In this document: in pieces, positions 10,151-20,502 of the stretch | Layout: every line of letters begins with the position of its first letter | Position numbering within the stretch: position 1 is the stretch's first letter | Assembly (NCBI GenBank): GCA_964442705.1 | Contig: CAYUAQ010000002.1 | Coordinates: 5,959-69,958 of the forward strand | Direction of reading: 5' to 3' | Source of the DNA: an uncultured Desulfobacteraceae bacterium | GTDB lineage: Bacteria; Desulfobacterota; Desulfobacteria; Desulfobacterales; JALSRD01 | DNA length: 64,000 nucleotides | The notes under the pieces: model-generated | The model's database searches: none | What the model saw: only the letters and a program-made list of their open reading frames with translations | What the model was told of the DNA's origin: nothing | Position numbers and translations under genes: made by a program

Positions 10151-12423
10151 GCCCCCTCCCCCGCGGCCGGAAAGTCCAGCACGAAGCAGGTGCCTTTCCC
10201 CTGCCGGGGCGTGGCGTGGATGTCTCCCCCGTAGTCCTTGACGATACCGTAGCTGATGGACAGTCCCAGGCCGGTCCCCTTGCCCACCTTCTTGGTGGTG
10301 AAAAACGGTTCGAATATTCTGTCGATGATTTCTTGCGGGATTCCCGTGCCGGTGTCACACACCTCCACGTGCACCCGGCCGGCCTCCGGGCGTGCCTTGA
10401 GGGTGATACGCTTGTCGGGACGGCTGTGGCCGTCGCTGCGCCAGCGCTCTTCTATGGCATCGCGGGCGTTGATGAGCAGATTGATGAACACCTGCTCCAA
10501 ACGTCCGGGATCCGCCATGATGGCCGGCAGGTCCTCCTGCACCCGCCAGGCCACCTCGATTCCCCGGACTTTCAGCTGCTGACTGAAAATGTCAAAGGCG
10601 CTTTTAAGTACCTTGCGAATGTCCACCTTCTGTACCGCCAGTTCGGACTTGCGGCCGAACTCGCGCATGTGGTTGATGATTTTGGAGGCCCGATCCACAT
10701 GGCTGTCGATCTCACGGGACATCTCCAAGAGGATATCGTCGTCTATGGTCTCTCCCCGGCGCACCTTTTTCATGAAGAAGCTGCTGGCCGTCTTGATCAC
10801 GGCCAACGGCTGGTTCAGCTCGTGGGCCACCCCCGTGGCCATCTCGCCCAGGGTGGCCATCTTGCTGGCCTGAATGAGCTGCTGTTCGGTCTCCAGCCGC
10901 TTGGTGATGTCACTGGTGGTCACCAGCAGCACTTTGCGTCCGGGATACTCCGAGGGCGACAGCCGGATATTGACGAAAAGCGGCTTCCGCTTTTTGCCCA
11001 GATGAACGGCCTGGTTGATCAGGCTTTCCCGGCGCACCTTGGCTGAGTAGACTTCCCGCTCTTCGGGCTTGAAAAGCTCTAAAAAGCTGCGTCCCAGAAG
11101 ATCCTCGCGCCGGTATCCGTACACCGGCAGTACACTGTCGTTGCAGTCCAGAACTTCTAGGCTGTCGACGTCCAGCACGAATACCGGGTTGGGGATATTG
11201 TTGAAAATGGCGTGGTATTTTTTCTCGGATTCGTGCAGTTTTTCCTCCAGCTGTTTACGTTCGGTGATATCCAGGCTCATCTCCATGGCGGCCACGATCT
11301 CGCCCCGGGAATTTTTTACGGGCGTGGTGCGGACGATCCAATGTTTGCGGACGCCATCTTTGTCCACAGCACTCTCTTCACTCATGTGCGAGCGGCCGTC
11401 CGCAAAGGTCTGCTCCACCGGACAGACCACGCATTTCTCACTGCGCCCCTTGTAGGCCCGGTAACAGAAATCGCCGGGCCGGGGGCTGAACTTCTCTTCA
11501 AACTCCCGGTTGTACTGCAGCAGGCGGAAATCGGTGTCCTGTACGGTGATGATGCAGGGCACGCTTTCGAAAAGCTGCTGGTATTCATCGCGCTGTTTGT
11601 TGAGTTCGGCCTGTTTTTCACCGATTTCCTTGCCCATGTGGTTGATGGCCCGGGCCAGCTGCCCCATTTCGTCGTTCTGCCGGACCTCCACCTCGGAGAA
11701 ATAGTCCCCTCTGGCGATGCGACGTGTTCCTTCGATCAGCCGCCTGATGGGCCGATTGACAAACCGCAGCACAAACATATGGATAAAGCCGCAGGTGACC
11801 AGAAACACAACCACCGCCAACAGAATCATGCCTTGTTCGGACTGGATCACGGTGCGATCCGTTTTCTCCAGAGAAACGACCACATCCAGGGCGCCGAGCA
11901 CCTGTTTATCGGCCGGATGGACATGGCAGACGTCGGTGGCGCAGGACTTCTCGTTGTATATGGGACTGATGATGCCCAGCAGCCGGTATCCCCGGGAGGA
12001 CGCAAAGATGCGTGTCCGCTGGGACAGATCAATGCGGGTCAGCGGCGGGTCGGCCTGGTGGCAGATATCACAGGCTTCGGCCTTGATGTTGGTCTGCGTG
12101 TTCATCTCCGTCTTGCGGTTGGAATATTTAATGCGCCCCTGTTTGTTGTAAATGCGGATGGTTTCGATCTCCTCCAGCTTGCTGATGTTCTGGATGATCT
12201 GGTTGATGTCGTCCCTGGAGTTCAGCATCATGGCGTAGTGGGTGCCCAACCGGATGGTGCTGGTCAGTCGGTCGGTACTGGCCACGATCTCACTCATCAC
12301 CTTCTGCTTCTGATAGCGGATAGCGAAGTAGGCCCACGCGGAAATGGAAATCAGCAGAATGACCCCTACGGCCACAATCAGCTTGTAGACCAGGCTGCTG
12401 TATAGGTTCCTGAGACGCTCCAT
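10147..12423 (-). CDS. membrane sensor histidine kinase (periplasmic loop with CxxCH, HAMP, 2 PAS, HisKA, HATPase_c)
   Basis: Start taken at MERLRNLY (12423); the ORF extends to 12489. Two TM helices flank a loop of about 160 aa containing CDICH and CATDVCH. HAMP ([12 protein letters not shown]), PAS regions, H-box VAHELNQPL, and C-terminal DTGTGI...GTGLGL. Confidence 0.88.
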   Translation of the reverse strand: MERLRNLYSSLVYKLIVAVGVILLISISAWAYFAIRYQKQKVMSEIVASTDRLTSTIRLGTHYAMMLNSRDDINQIIQNISKLEEIETIRIYNKQGRIKYSNRKTEMNTQTNIKAEACDICHQADPPLTRIDLSQRTRIFASSRGYRLLGIISPIYNEKSCATDVCHVHPADKQVLGALDVVVSLEKTDRTVIQSEQGMILLAVVVFLVTCGFIHMFVLRFVNRPIRRLIEGTRRIARGDYFSEVEVRQNDEMGQLARAINHMGKEIGEKQAELNKQRDEYQQLFESVPCIITVQDTDFRLLQYNREFEEKFSPRPGDFCYRAYKGRSEKCVVCPVEQTFADGRSHMSEESAVDKDGVRKHWIVRTTPVKNSRGEIVAAMEMSLDITERKQLEEKLHESEKKYHAIFNNIPNPVFVLDVDSLEVLDCNDSVLPVYGYRREDLLGRSFLELFKPEEREVYSAKVRRESLINQAVHLGKKRKPLFVNIRLSPSEYPGRKVLLVTTSDITKRLETEQQLIQASKMATLGEMATGVAHELNQPLAVIKTASSFFMKKVRRGETIDDDILLEMSREIDSHVDRASKIINHMREFGRKSELAVQKVDIRKVLKSAFDIFSQQLKVRGIEVAWRVQEDLPAIMADPGRLEQVFINLLINARDAIEERWRSDGHSRPDKRITLKARPEAGRVHVEVCDTGTGIPQEIIDRIFEPFFTTKKVGKGTGLGLSISYGIVKDYGGDIHATPRQGKGTCFVLDFPAAGEGA

Positions 12424-12730
12424 GGGTTTTCTCCCTTGAAATATGGACGAACCGCGGATATGACGGCCACAAGGGGGCGCTATTGACAAACGGTTGTGCG
12501 TTTTTTACGGGCAGGCACCCGTAAAATATCCCATATCCACCGTCAGGTCAACTCGCGGTCTTCAGTAACACCGAAAAACAGGCGGCCGTAATCTCTCCGG
12601 GCGTGAAGGCCGTCGGTATCGATGGAAATGCTCATGGGCTCCGACGATATTTTATGGTAGCATGCCGTTGGGCAAGCTTGTTTCCCTGACACTGACACCG
12701 TACGGCCAATAATTTTACTAGGACAGTGCC

Positions 12731-13654
12731 TTGCTGCATATCATCAACACCATCGTTCCTGTTTTTGCGGTCATTCTGCTGGGCCTCGTGATCCGAAGCA
12801 CAGGTTACCTGCCCCAGGACATCATCGGGCCGCTCAACCGTCTGGTTTTCTACATCGCCATCCCGGCCATGATATTCAGGGCCCTGGCCAAAGCCTCCTT
12901 TTCCGCCCACTTCGATCCCTACCTGCTGGCCGGAACACTGGCGCCGGTATTGGTGGTGTTTGTTCTGTCGGTCGGTTTGGCGAGATTCACATCCATCCCC
13001 CGGCAACGGCGAGGCACCTTCGTGCAGAGTTGTTTTCACGGCAACCTGGGGTACATCGGCTTCGCGGTGGTCTTTTACCTGTTGGGTGAGACCGGATTCA
13101 CTTCCGCCAGCATCCTGGTGGGTTTCCTCATGCTGTTGCAGAATATCCTGTCCGTTTTAGCACTGCAACTGTTCTCCCCCGAGTCGCCCCGCGGCCGGAG
13201 ACTGCTTCTTGTGGCCAAAAAGATCGTTGTAAACCCGGTTATCCTGTCTGCCATGGCGGGCATTGCCTACTCCCTTGCGGATCTTTCCCTGCCCGTCATC
13301 GCCCACCGAATCCTGGTCATTTTGAGCGGCATGGCGCTGCCGCTTGCGCTGCTGGTCATCGGGGCGTCCCTGTCGCCGGCATTGATCCGCACCAACCTGA
13401 AATACGCAATCTTGAGCGGTGTGGTCAAACTGCTGGTGCTGCCGGCCGCGGGGCTTGCCTTCTACTATGGCGTCGGGCTCACGGCCGACCGCTTTCTCCC
13501 CGGACTCATCCTGCTGGCCTCCCCCACCGCCACCATCACCTATGTCATGGCTGCCGAAATGAACGGATCGGTGGAGTTGGCCTCGGCCGCCATTTCCCTG
13601 AACACCCTGCTGTCGGCGCTGACCTTCCTCCTGTGGCTGGGGCTGCCGCATTAA
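12731..13654 (+). CDS. AEC (auxin efflux carrier) family transporter
   Basis: 307 aa, about 10 TM. N-terminus (M)LHIINTIVPVFAVILLGLVIR is typical of the AEC/Mdc-type family. TTG start in the track. Confidence 0.75.
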   Translation: MLHIINTIVPVFAVILLGLVIRSTGYLPQDIIGPLNRLVFYIAIPAMIFRALAKASFSAHFDPYLLAGTLAPVLVVFVLSVGLARFTSIPRQRRGTFVQSCFHGNLGYIGFAVVFYLLGETGFTSASILVGFLMLLQNILSVLALQLFSPESPRGRRLLLVAKKIVVNPVILSAMAGIAYSLADLSLPVIAHRILVILSGMALPLALLVIGASLSPALIRTNLKYAILSGVVKLLVLPAAGLAFYYGVGLTADRFLPGLILLASPTATITYVMAAEMNGSVELASAAISLNTLLSALTFLLWLGLPH

Positions 13655-13798
13655 AGGTTTAAGCCGTCACTGTCGATAACAGATGCAGTCGAAAAAAACC
13701 CCGGCCACCCTCGAATGGGCTGCCACTGCCAACCCCTAAGAAAGCGCCGGGGGGCGGTCAGGCGCCGGGAACGGGTGCCAACAGCGCGATAACTTGAA

Positions 13799-16090
13799 AT
13801 GTTGTGCCACACGAATCGGATGTCAACGAGAAAACCACCAGATAAGTTCCTCGATTTCATCGTCAGGCTGCAGGCCGCCATTCGGACCATGCACTTGTAT
13901 CCTTCTTCGAGTCCCCTGGTTTCCTCCTCCATCGATGCGCTGCTGGCCGAAATCGATGCCGTTTTAAAAAATCGCGACACCTTCCTGCTGGCCGAGTCGG
14001 AAAACAGCCTCCTTTTTAGCGGCACAGCGCTGAATAAAAAAGACCAAGCCAGAGACCAAGCAGTGGCGCTGCTGCAACTCTTCAGGACTTTGGGCATCAA
14101 AAGTCTTTCATTTTCCAGGGGACTGGCTGCCGAGGAACTGAGGCGACTGGTCGAACTGCTGAGCACCGATCCCCGGGAACTGTCGGGTGAAGGTCTTCAA
14201 AAACTGCTTTCCCAGCAGCCGCTGCCCCACATCGAGATCAACCAGAAGGTTTTCGTGGCGGTGGACAAGGACAGCCAGATTCTGCCCAGTCTCCAGATCA
14301 AGGACGAGGATATTGTCCGCTATTTCACGGGAGACGAAGTTCCCCGGGAGGAGGCCCTGGAAAAGATGCGCTCCATGGCCGAAAACCCCCGCTGGATCGC
14401 CGATGTCTTTGCATCGGGTCTGGAACGTATCACCGCCCGCCTCGGGCCGGCACCCAATACCCGTCTTTCGGCCTCGGTGGGACGGCTGCTCGAATCCATG
14501 GATCGCGTGGTTGACCGCGACAATTGGGCACAGATCACCGAACAGCTGGCTGACAGGGTGTCACGGCTGGAGCTTGAGGCCATCGTCGCCGTGGCCGTAC
14601 AAAACGCCGGGACGCACTTGGGAGATGCCTTTTTCAAAAGCCTGGCCGATCACCTTGACAATGATAAATTTCAGGCCCTGACCGCCCGGCTGGAAGCACT
14701 CACGGCCGCAAACAGTTCATCGGACGACTCCGCACAGCCTGAAAACCCGGAGATCACCACGGTCCTCCGGCACCTCATGGGCTCGGACAAGGGCCACCGG
14801 CTGAAGAAAAGCAAGGCCCGGCAAGCCTCGCATCAGGCTGCGCAGCCACACTACACAGAAGGGTTCAAGGCCAAACTTTCAAGAATCCTGAAAGGCGATT
14901 TTTCCCCCCTGGCCGACGAGGGCACCGCCGACACGCTGGCGAAGCTGATCCCCACGCTGATTGAAAAAAAGAAATATAAAGGCGCAATGCAGATCGTGGA
15001 TGCCCTGGTTCACGGACTGGAAAGAGCGCCTGCGGAAATGCATCCCATCGTGGTCAAATGCCTCCATGAAATCATGGACAGGCCGGCATCGCACACAGAT
15101 TTTTCCATCACCGGAGCAGTAACCCAGCGCCTGGGCGGGTGGCTGAAAGACCAGAAAAAAGCGACACCGGCTCTCCAGGCGGTTTGCAGCCGCCTGGCCG
15201 ATGATGCCCGCGGCATGATCCTGTCCCAAAACTACGGGGAGGCCCTCCCCGTTGCCGAAGGGCTCGCGGCGTGCGCCGAAAACCAGCGGGCCGAGGCGGC
15301 TATGCGCGCCTGCGGCCGCCGGGCCCTGTTGCAACTGGCCGCCTGCGAGGTCCAGGACCGGCTGCTGGCCGAGGTCGATTCCAACACAAAGGGCTGCCGG
15401 GAACAGGCCGCCAGGATCCTGACCTGCCTGGGGCCCCAGTGTATCGAAAAGCTGCTCCGCACCCTTCGCAACAGCCGAACCGGGCAGGAGAGGTTGCGGC
15501 TTCTCAAGCTGATCACCGAAATCGGCAGCCGGGCCGCGCCCGCTGTCCGCCGGGCCATGGGAGCAGACCAGCCCTGGTATTTTCTGCGCAACCTGGTCCG
15601 CCTGCTGGGGGAAATCGGCGACGAGGCCGACATCGACCTCATTGCCCCGCTGTTGGACCACGAGGAATTCCGTGTACAGTGGCAGGCCCTGAACAGTATC
15701 TATCAAATCGGGGGCGACCGGCGTGGCGAACTACTCCTGCAACGGCTGACCACAGAAGAAGATCGCCTGAAGATCCACATCGTCACCATGCTGGGGGAAT
15801 TGCGTCGGCGTGAAGCCGTACCAGCCCTGGTAAACCTGCTCGAAAAAAAATCCCTTATGAACAGCGGCGAGAAGGTGCAGTTGCAGAAAAAAGCCTGCAG
15901 CGCGCTGGCGAAAATCGGATCCCCTCTGGCCATTCCGGTTCTTTCGGAAATCGCCAGAGGAGGCAAACTGACGCGCATGCGTCCCTACCACCCCAGCGTA
16001 AGAGAGGCGGCCCGCCGCTCACTGCATCAGTTGCAGATGTCGTGCACTTCCCCCTCCTCATCGCCGGTGTGCAAGCCGCCATCTCTATAA
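13799..16090 (+). CDS. HEAT-repeat domain protein
   Basis: 763 aa, alpha-helical. C-terminal PBS-lyase-type HEAT repeats (EAVPALVNLLEKK..., ALAKIGSPLAIPVLSEIAR). Alternative ATG at 13820. Confidence 0.7.
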   Translation: MLCHTNRMSTRKPPDKFLDFIVRLQAAIRTMHLYPSSSPLVSSSIDALLAEIDAVLKNRDTFLLAESENSLLFSGTALNKKDQARDQAVALLQLFRTLGIKSLSFSRGLAAEELRRLVELLSTDPRELSGEGLQKLLSQQPLPHIEINQKVFVAVDKDSQILPSLQIKDEDIVRYFTGDEVPREEALEKMRSMAENPRWIADVFASGLERITARLGPAPNTRLSASVGRLLESMDRVVDRDNWAQITEQLADRVSRLELEAIVAVAVQNAGTHLGDAFFKSLADHLDNDKFQALTARLEALTAANSSSDDSAQPENPEITTVLRHLMGSDKGHRLKKSKARQASHQAAQPHYTEGFKAKLSRILKGDFSPLADEGTADTLAKLIPTLIEKKKYKGAMQIVDALVHGLERAPAEMHPIVVKCLHEIMDRPASHTDFSITGAVTQRLGGWLKDQKKATPALQAVCSRLADDARGMILSQNYGEALPVAEGLAACAENQRAEAAMRACGRRALLQLAACEVQDRLLAEVDSNTKGCREQAARILTCLGPQCIEKLLRTLRNSRTGQERLRLLKLITEIGSRAAPAVRRAMGADQPWYFLRNLVRLLGEIGDEADIDLIAPLLDHEEFRVQWQALNSIYQIGGDRRGELLLQRLTTEEDRLKIHIVTMLGELRRREAVPALVNLLEKKSLMNSGEKVQLQKKACSALAKIGSPLAIPVLSEIARGGKLTRMRPYHPSVREAARRSLHQLQMSCTSPSSSPVCKPPSL

Positions 16091-17422
16091 CCTGCCCTGC
16101 TCTTTCAGTCCGTGCTTCTTCATTTTGTAGCGCAGAACGCGTTCGCTGATGCCCAGGGAACGGGCCGCCCGTGTCTGAACCCAGCCGTATTTTTCCAGCG
16201 CATCGATGAGCATCTCGCGCTCGACCGTCTCCAGTCGCTCGGCCAGGCTGCCGTCGCCGGCCCCCTGGTAAAAACGCACTTCGGGCGGCAGGTCTGCCGC
16301 CCGGATCACGTTTGTCCGACAGAGCGTCACGGTGCGTTGAACGATGTGTTCCAGTTCCCGCACGTTGCCGGGAAAGGCGTATTTGACCAGGACGGCCATG
16401 GCCTCGGCGTCGAAGGTCTTACGTTCCGCCGCATGCCGCGACAGGAAGTAGTCCACCAGCTCTGGGATGTCTTCCCTGCGGCTGCGCAGCGGCGGGATCT
16501 CGATTTCGAGAACCCTGATGCGGTAGTAGAGGTCTTCCCGGAAAGTCCCCTCGCTGACCATCTTTTTCAGATCCCGGCTGGTGGCCGCCAGCACGCGCAC
16601 ATCCACCGCAACCGCCCTTTCGCTGCCCACCGGGGTTATCTCCTTTTCCTGCAAGGCGCGGAGCAGCTTGGCCTGCAGGGTCAGGGGAAGTTCGCCGATC
16701 TCGTCCAGGAACAGGCTCCCGCCGCCAGCCAGCTCGAAACGCCCCCGCCGTTTGGACACCGCGCCGGTAAAAGCGCCCTTTTCATGGCCGAACAACTCGG
16801 ATTCGAAAAGCGTCTCGGGTATGGCGGCGCAGTTGACTTCGGTAAAGGGTCCATGCGCGCGCGGGCTCATCAGGTGGATCAGCCGGGCGATCAGCTCCTT
16901 GCCGGTCCCGGTTTCTCCCCGGATCAAGGTGCTCCACTCGGTGGGGGCCACACGCTGCACCAGCGACAGGACCTCTTTCAGGGCCGCACTGCCTCCCACC
17001 ACCCTGATGGGCAGGCCACCGGTGTCCATGGCCTCGGCGACATCGGCGGCCTCCTCCTCGATGGCCAGCGCCTGCTCGATCATGCGAATTTTGTCCAGCA
17101 GCTCCCTGAGATCGACGGGTTTTTCCAGGAAGTCGTCGGCGCCCAGCTTCATCACCCGCACGGCGGTATCGACCGATCCGTAGGCCGTGATCACGACGCT
17201 GCGCACCAATGGGTTGATAGCCTTCATGCGCGCCAGCACCTCGTCACCGGGCAGGTCCGGCATGCGGTGATCCAGCAGCACCAGTGCAAAGGGCTGACGC
17301 TCGAACAGTTTCAAGGCCTCCCGGCCGCCCGCGGCCGTGGCCACTTCGTACCCGCTGTTTTGCAGAAAACCCCGCAGCAGGTCGCGCTGCAGGCTTTCAT
17401 CGTCGACAACCAGAATCTTCAT
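16085..17422 (-). CDS. sigma-54-dependent response regulator (NtrC/ZraR/AtoC family)
   Basis: Start at MKILVVDDE (17422). REC domain, AAA+ with Walker A GETGTGKE and the GAFTGA loop (EKGAFTGA), and a C-terminal Fis-type HTH (AARSLGISERVLRYKMKK). Confidence 0.92.
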   Translation of the reverse strand: MKILVVDDESLQRDLLRGFLQNSGYEVATAAGGREALKLFERQPFALVLLDHRMPDLPGDEVLARMKAINPLVRSVVITAYGSVDTAVRVMKLGADDFLEKPVDLRELLDKIRMIEQALAIEEEAADVAEAMDTGGLPIRVVGGSAALKEVLSLVQRVAPTEWSTLIRGETGTGKELIARLIHLMSPRAHGPFTEVNCAAIPETLFESELFGHEKGAFTGAVSKRRGRFELAGGGSLFLDEIGELPLTLQAKLLRALQEKEITPVGSERAVAVDVRVLAATSRDLKKMVSEGTFREDLYYRIRVLEIEIPPLRSRREDIPELVDYFLSRHAAERKTFDAEAMAVLVKYAFPGNVRELEHIVQRTVTLCRTNVIRAADLPPEVRFYQGAGDGSLAERLETVEREMLIDALEKYGWVQTRAARSLGISERVLRYKMKKHGLKEQGRL

Positions 17423-17426
17423 GGTT

Positions 17427-19064
17427 TCAGTCTCTTCTGGAATGCGGTATAGAGCCTGCACGGCCAGCGCCCTCACCAGCAGGCAGCCGCACCTCGATGC
17501 GCAGCACGGCTTCACGGGGAACGCCGATATCCACCCGGCCGCCATGGGCACACACAATACGGGTCACCAGGGCCAGGCCCAGCCCCGTCCCGTGCATCTT
17601 GGTCGTAAAATACGGCTCCAGCATGCGGGCGGCTTCGCGAGAATCCAGAGAAAAACCGCTGTTCTCCACACTTATGACCATCTCCCCTTTGTCCCGGTAC
17701 AGCTCAATGTCGATAAAGCCGCCCTGGGGCTGGGCTTCTACGGCATTTTTAACCAGATTTTCAACCGCCTGGGACAAAAGCTGGGCATCGGCGGAAACGC
17801 TGCCGCTGACCCGTGGCGTAAACGAGCACCGAATGCCTGTGCGTTCGCACACCTGCCGGTAGGGATCCACGATACCCCGGATCAGCGCCGCCATGTCGAC
17901 CTGTTCCCGCCGAGGCTGCAAGGGTTGGGCGTACCGTTTCAGGCCGGTGACGATGCCGTCGGTGCGCGATACGGCCCCCAGCAGGTTGCCCACCAGCTCA
18001 CGGTGCGGTCGGGAAAGCTCGCCGGCCTCCATCTGCAGACGCTGCAATCCCATGCTGATGGCGTTGAGCGGATTTCTGATTTCATGGGCGATGGTAGCCG
18101 ATGCCCGCCCCAGGGCCGCATCCTCACGCTCCTGCGCCAGACGTTTCTCCAGGCGGCGGACCTTTTCCAGATAGGTATCCTGGTAACGGTAGAGAATCCA
18201 GGATACCAGTGCCCCGGACACTGCGATCAGGGCGCTGAAAACAAAAAATTCCATCCACAGCTGGCGCAGGCGTTTGAAAAAATGGGCCGCTTCCACACCG
18301 ACCACCAACAGCCGGCCGTCATCCATGATCAGGCGGGCGCGGGCAAACTGATGACCGTCGCGGTTGATGAGCTCAACGTCAAAGGCTGCCTGGTCCCCGC
18401 TTTTCAGCCCGGCGGCGGGCTCGACGCGCACATAATCTATGCCGGGAAGCAGGGACAGTTCTTTGAGCAGCCGCGGCAGGCCGGTTTCCTCGCGCAGCTG
18501 TTCGATGCGCCGGGCCGTGTACCCCAGAACAATGACCCCGGGTTCCTCGACCCGCGGATGGACAAGGTAATAAAGCGCACCGGTTTGGAAGTGCCCCAGG
18601 CTGCGCTTGCGCAGATCCACCGCAATTGTCTCCGGCAGCCATCCTGGCGGCCCCTCGGTCGGCTTTTCACCGGTCCTTATGATACGGATACCGGCGAGTC
18701 CGGTCTCCAGAACATACGCCTGCAGCTCCGCTGCTGTAAACGGTCTGACGGCATCCAGGTAGTCGATGAAACGGGCCGAATCGCCCAGGAAAATTTCGAT
18801 GACCTCCTCGATGGATTTCTGGGCCAGCAAGGTATTGCGGGCGTTTAAGCGGATTACCCCGGCCAGCATGCCGGCATGGTCGCGCACATGTTTGCTGAAG
18901 GTGTTCTGGGCGTACCTGATCTGCCAGAAAAAATACCCCAGTATGAGCAGGATCAGAATCCCCACCGCCAGCAGATTCACCAGCCAGCGGGGCCTGGGAT
19001 AGTTGGCGGCATCATTGCTGTAACCATTTTGGCGGGATGTCACCGCGTCTCGGGCCTGGCGCAT
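17427..19064 (-). CDS. membrane sensor histidine kinase, partner of the sigma-54 activator
   Basis: 545 aa. Two TM helices around a periplasmic loop, H-box IAHEIRNPLNAI, HATPase_c (NSGFSL...GTGLGL). Its stop is 4 nt before the regulator start. Confidence 0.88.
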   Translation of the reverse strand: MRQARDAVTSRQNGYSNDAANYPRPRWLVNLLAVGILILLILGYFFWQIRYAQNTFSKHVRDHAGMLAGVIRLNARNTLLAQKSIEEVIEIFLGDSARFIDYLDAVRPFTAAELQAYVLETGLAGIRIIRTGEKPTEGPPGWLPETIAVDLRKRSLGHFQTGALYYLVHPRVEEPGVIVLGYTARRIEQLREETGLPRLLKELSLLPGIDYVRVEPAAGLKSGDQAAFDVELINRDGHQFARARLIMDDGRLLVVGVEAAHFFKRLRQLWMEFFVFSALIAVSGALVSWILYRYQDTYLEKVRRLEKRLAQEREDAALGRASATIAHEIRNPLNAISMGLQRLQMEAGELSRPHRELVGNLLGAVSRTDGIVTGLKRYAQPLQPRREQVDMAALIRGIVDPYRQVCERTGIRCSFTPRVSGSVSADAQLLSQAVENLVKNAVEAQPQGGFIDIELYRDKGEMVISVENSGFSLDSREAARMLEPYFTTKMHGTGLGLALVTRIVCAHGGRVDIGVPREAVLRIEVRLPAGEGAGRAGSIPHSRRD

Positions 19065-19495
19065 GAATGTTCCCCGTTTTTCGAGACCGGAGGAGGGCCT
19101 TTACCCTTGCCCCTAGCCTTCCGGCCCATGCCGAGCCGTTGCCGGACGCCCGTCGGGTCGTATTGCCAGGACCGCCGGCCGGCCCCCCGGATGAAATCTG
19201 CGTTGAAAACGCCGGGGTTCCCCTTGCTGTACCGACCCCACAGCCGTACGACGGTCCCCTCGGCAACGCAGCGCGGCAGTTTCGTGTCGTGGAAATTCAC
19301 GGTCAATTCTTTTCCCGGTACAACATCTCCGGCGTCATCACTTTCCACATGCCCGTGGCCCATCGGCCTGGCGCGTACGACCATCTCCCGCCCCTGCCGG
19401 TCGATGGACACTACCCGGCCCCACAGCGCCTCCATGGCGGCGGCCTCGCCGACAGCCGCCAAGCTGATGAGTATGCTCAGTATTACCACTCGCAT
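19040..19495 (-). CDS. small secreted protein, unknown function
   Basis: 151 aa. Signal peptide MRVVILSILISLAAVGEAAA, a His-rich patch (PMGHGHVESDD) and a basic Gly/Lys C-terminus. GGGAGAGAAC RBS. Its 3' end overlaps the kinase start by 25 nt. Confidence 0.6.
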   Translation of the reverse strand: MRVVILSILISLAAVGEAAAMEALWGRVVSIDRQGREMVVRARPMGHGHVESDDAGDVVPGKELTVNFHDTKLPRCVAEGTVVRLWGRYSKGNPGVFNADFIRGAGRRSWQYDPTGVRQRLGMGRKARGKGKGPPPVSKNGEHSCARPETR

Positions 19496-19579
19496 GTTCT
19501 CTCCCTACCACGGCAATCCATGGATAGACAACATTCCTGAAGGCAGATCCTTGAAAAATGCAGCTGTTGCAAACACATT

Positions 19580-19609
19580 CGGCAGCCTCTCCAGAGAAAA
19601 AGGCTGCCG
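19580..19609 (-). terminator. candidate terminator hairpin after the DUF2202 gene
   Basis: Perfect 8-bp stem CGGCAGCC/GGCTGCCG with a 14-nt loop. On the minus strand it is followed by AAUGUGUUUG, a weak U-tract. Confidence 0.35.
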
Positions 19610-19661
19610 AATGTCCGCTTTGAAATTTTTAGGGCCGATCGGTGTGCCACCGCCCGCATCA

Positions 19662-20168
19662 TCAGAACCGGCGGCCTTTTCCTCTTTTGCCGTGCTTTTT
19701 TGAAGCGCCTTTTTTCAGGGGATTGCCATCGGCATCCACGGCACCCTTTTCCCGCAGAGAGTCCAGAATCCGCTGGATCTCCTCCTGGCTCAGGTACTGC
19801 GCCTCGTATTCGGCGTCCATGGCCGCAAGCTGCCAGCAGAAGGCTCTCAGGTGATTGCGAGAACCCTTCATCAGGTTCTGAAAGACCGTGCGGACATCCT
19901 GGTTGTCAACTTCCTGGTTTTCAGGTTCGCCGATGGCCGTTTTGAGATCGGAGATGTCCAGGTCTTCGATGGTAGCCCCGACTTTCAGCGCGTCCACCTG
20001 GGATTTTTTTCCCTCGGCGACCAACTGCTCGTAGAGTACCTGAAAATCTTCCGTGGTGAAGGCGCCCACCTTATCGCTTACCACGGGATCCGTCAGGCTG
20101 TATTTGTCGATCAGGCCCTTGACGGCGTTCATGTGTTTCTGTTCTGCGCGGGATATTTTCTTAAACAC
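19662..20168 (-). CDS. DUF2202 (ferritin-like) domain protein, N-terminally truncated fragment
   Basis: 168 aa with a GTG start in the track. It begins inside the domain at FKKISRAEQKHMNAV (ExxH helix) and has the later GSRNHLRAF helix. The usual first helix (REEEKLARDVY-type) and the signal peptide are missing. Confidence 0.65.
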   Translation of the reverse strand: MFKKISRAEQKHMNAVKGLIDKYSLTDPVVSDKVGAFTTEDFQVLYEQLVAEGKKSQVDALKVGATIEDLDISDLKTAIGEPENQEVDNQDVRTVFQNLMKGSRNHLRAFCWQLAAMDAEYEAQYLSQEEIQRILDSLREKGAVDADGNPLKKGASKKHGKRGKGRRF

Positions 20169-20194
20169 CCGGTTGTGCCACGTGTCATATTACA

Positions 20195-20497
20195 TTACAG
20201 GACACACTCGCCGGTGCCCGGGCCATTGCCACTGCCGTCCACGGGCCCATCTCCGGTGCCCGTACCGTCTCCGGGACCATGGCCATGGCCGCCGTTGCCG
20301 CTGCCGTCTGCGGGTCCAACACCACCGTTGCCGTTGCCGTCTCCAGGCCCGTTGCCGTTGTGGGCGACGACCAGCTGATCGGGAGCAAAATTATCCGCAA
20401 CCGCACTCCAGGCCGGCACACTCAGAAGTCCAACCACCATCTTTAGCGGCACTGGAGATGATCGGCCTCCAGCACCTTCATTGGGTTCTCCAAACAT
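20195..20497 (-). CDS. secreted Gly/His/Asp-rich peptide, probable detached N-terminus of the DUF2202 gene
   Basis: 100 aa. Signal-like LKMVVGLLSVPAWSAVA, then GNGPGDGNGNGGVGPADGSGNGGHGHGPGDGTGTGDGPVDGSGNGPGTGECVL. It ends 26 nt before, and in a different frame from, the DUF2202 fragment. Confidence 0.45.
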   Translation of the reverse strand: MFGEPNEGAGGRSSPVPLKMVVGLLSVPAWSAVADNFAPDQLVVAHNGNGPGDGNGNGGVGPADGSGNGGHGHGPGDGTGTGDGPVDGSGNGPGTGECVL

Positions 20498-20502
20498 TGT
20501 CG

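Noticed and set aside
12503-12526. Perfect 9-bp inverted repeat TTTTACGGG-N6-CCCGTAAAA upstream of the heme-motif kinase, considered as a terminator
   Set aside because: No U-tract follows the GC part of the stem on either strand, and no gene ends nearby. It may be an operator or leader structure, but I cannot assign a function.
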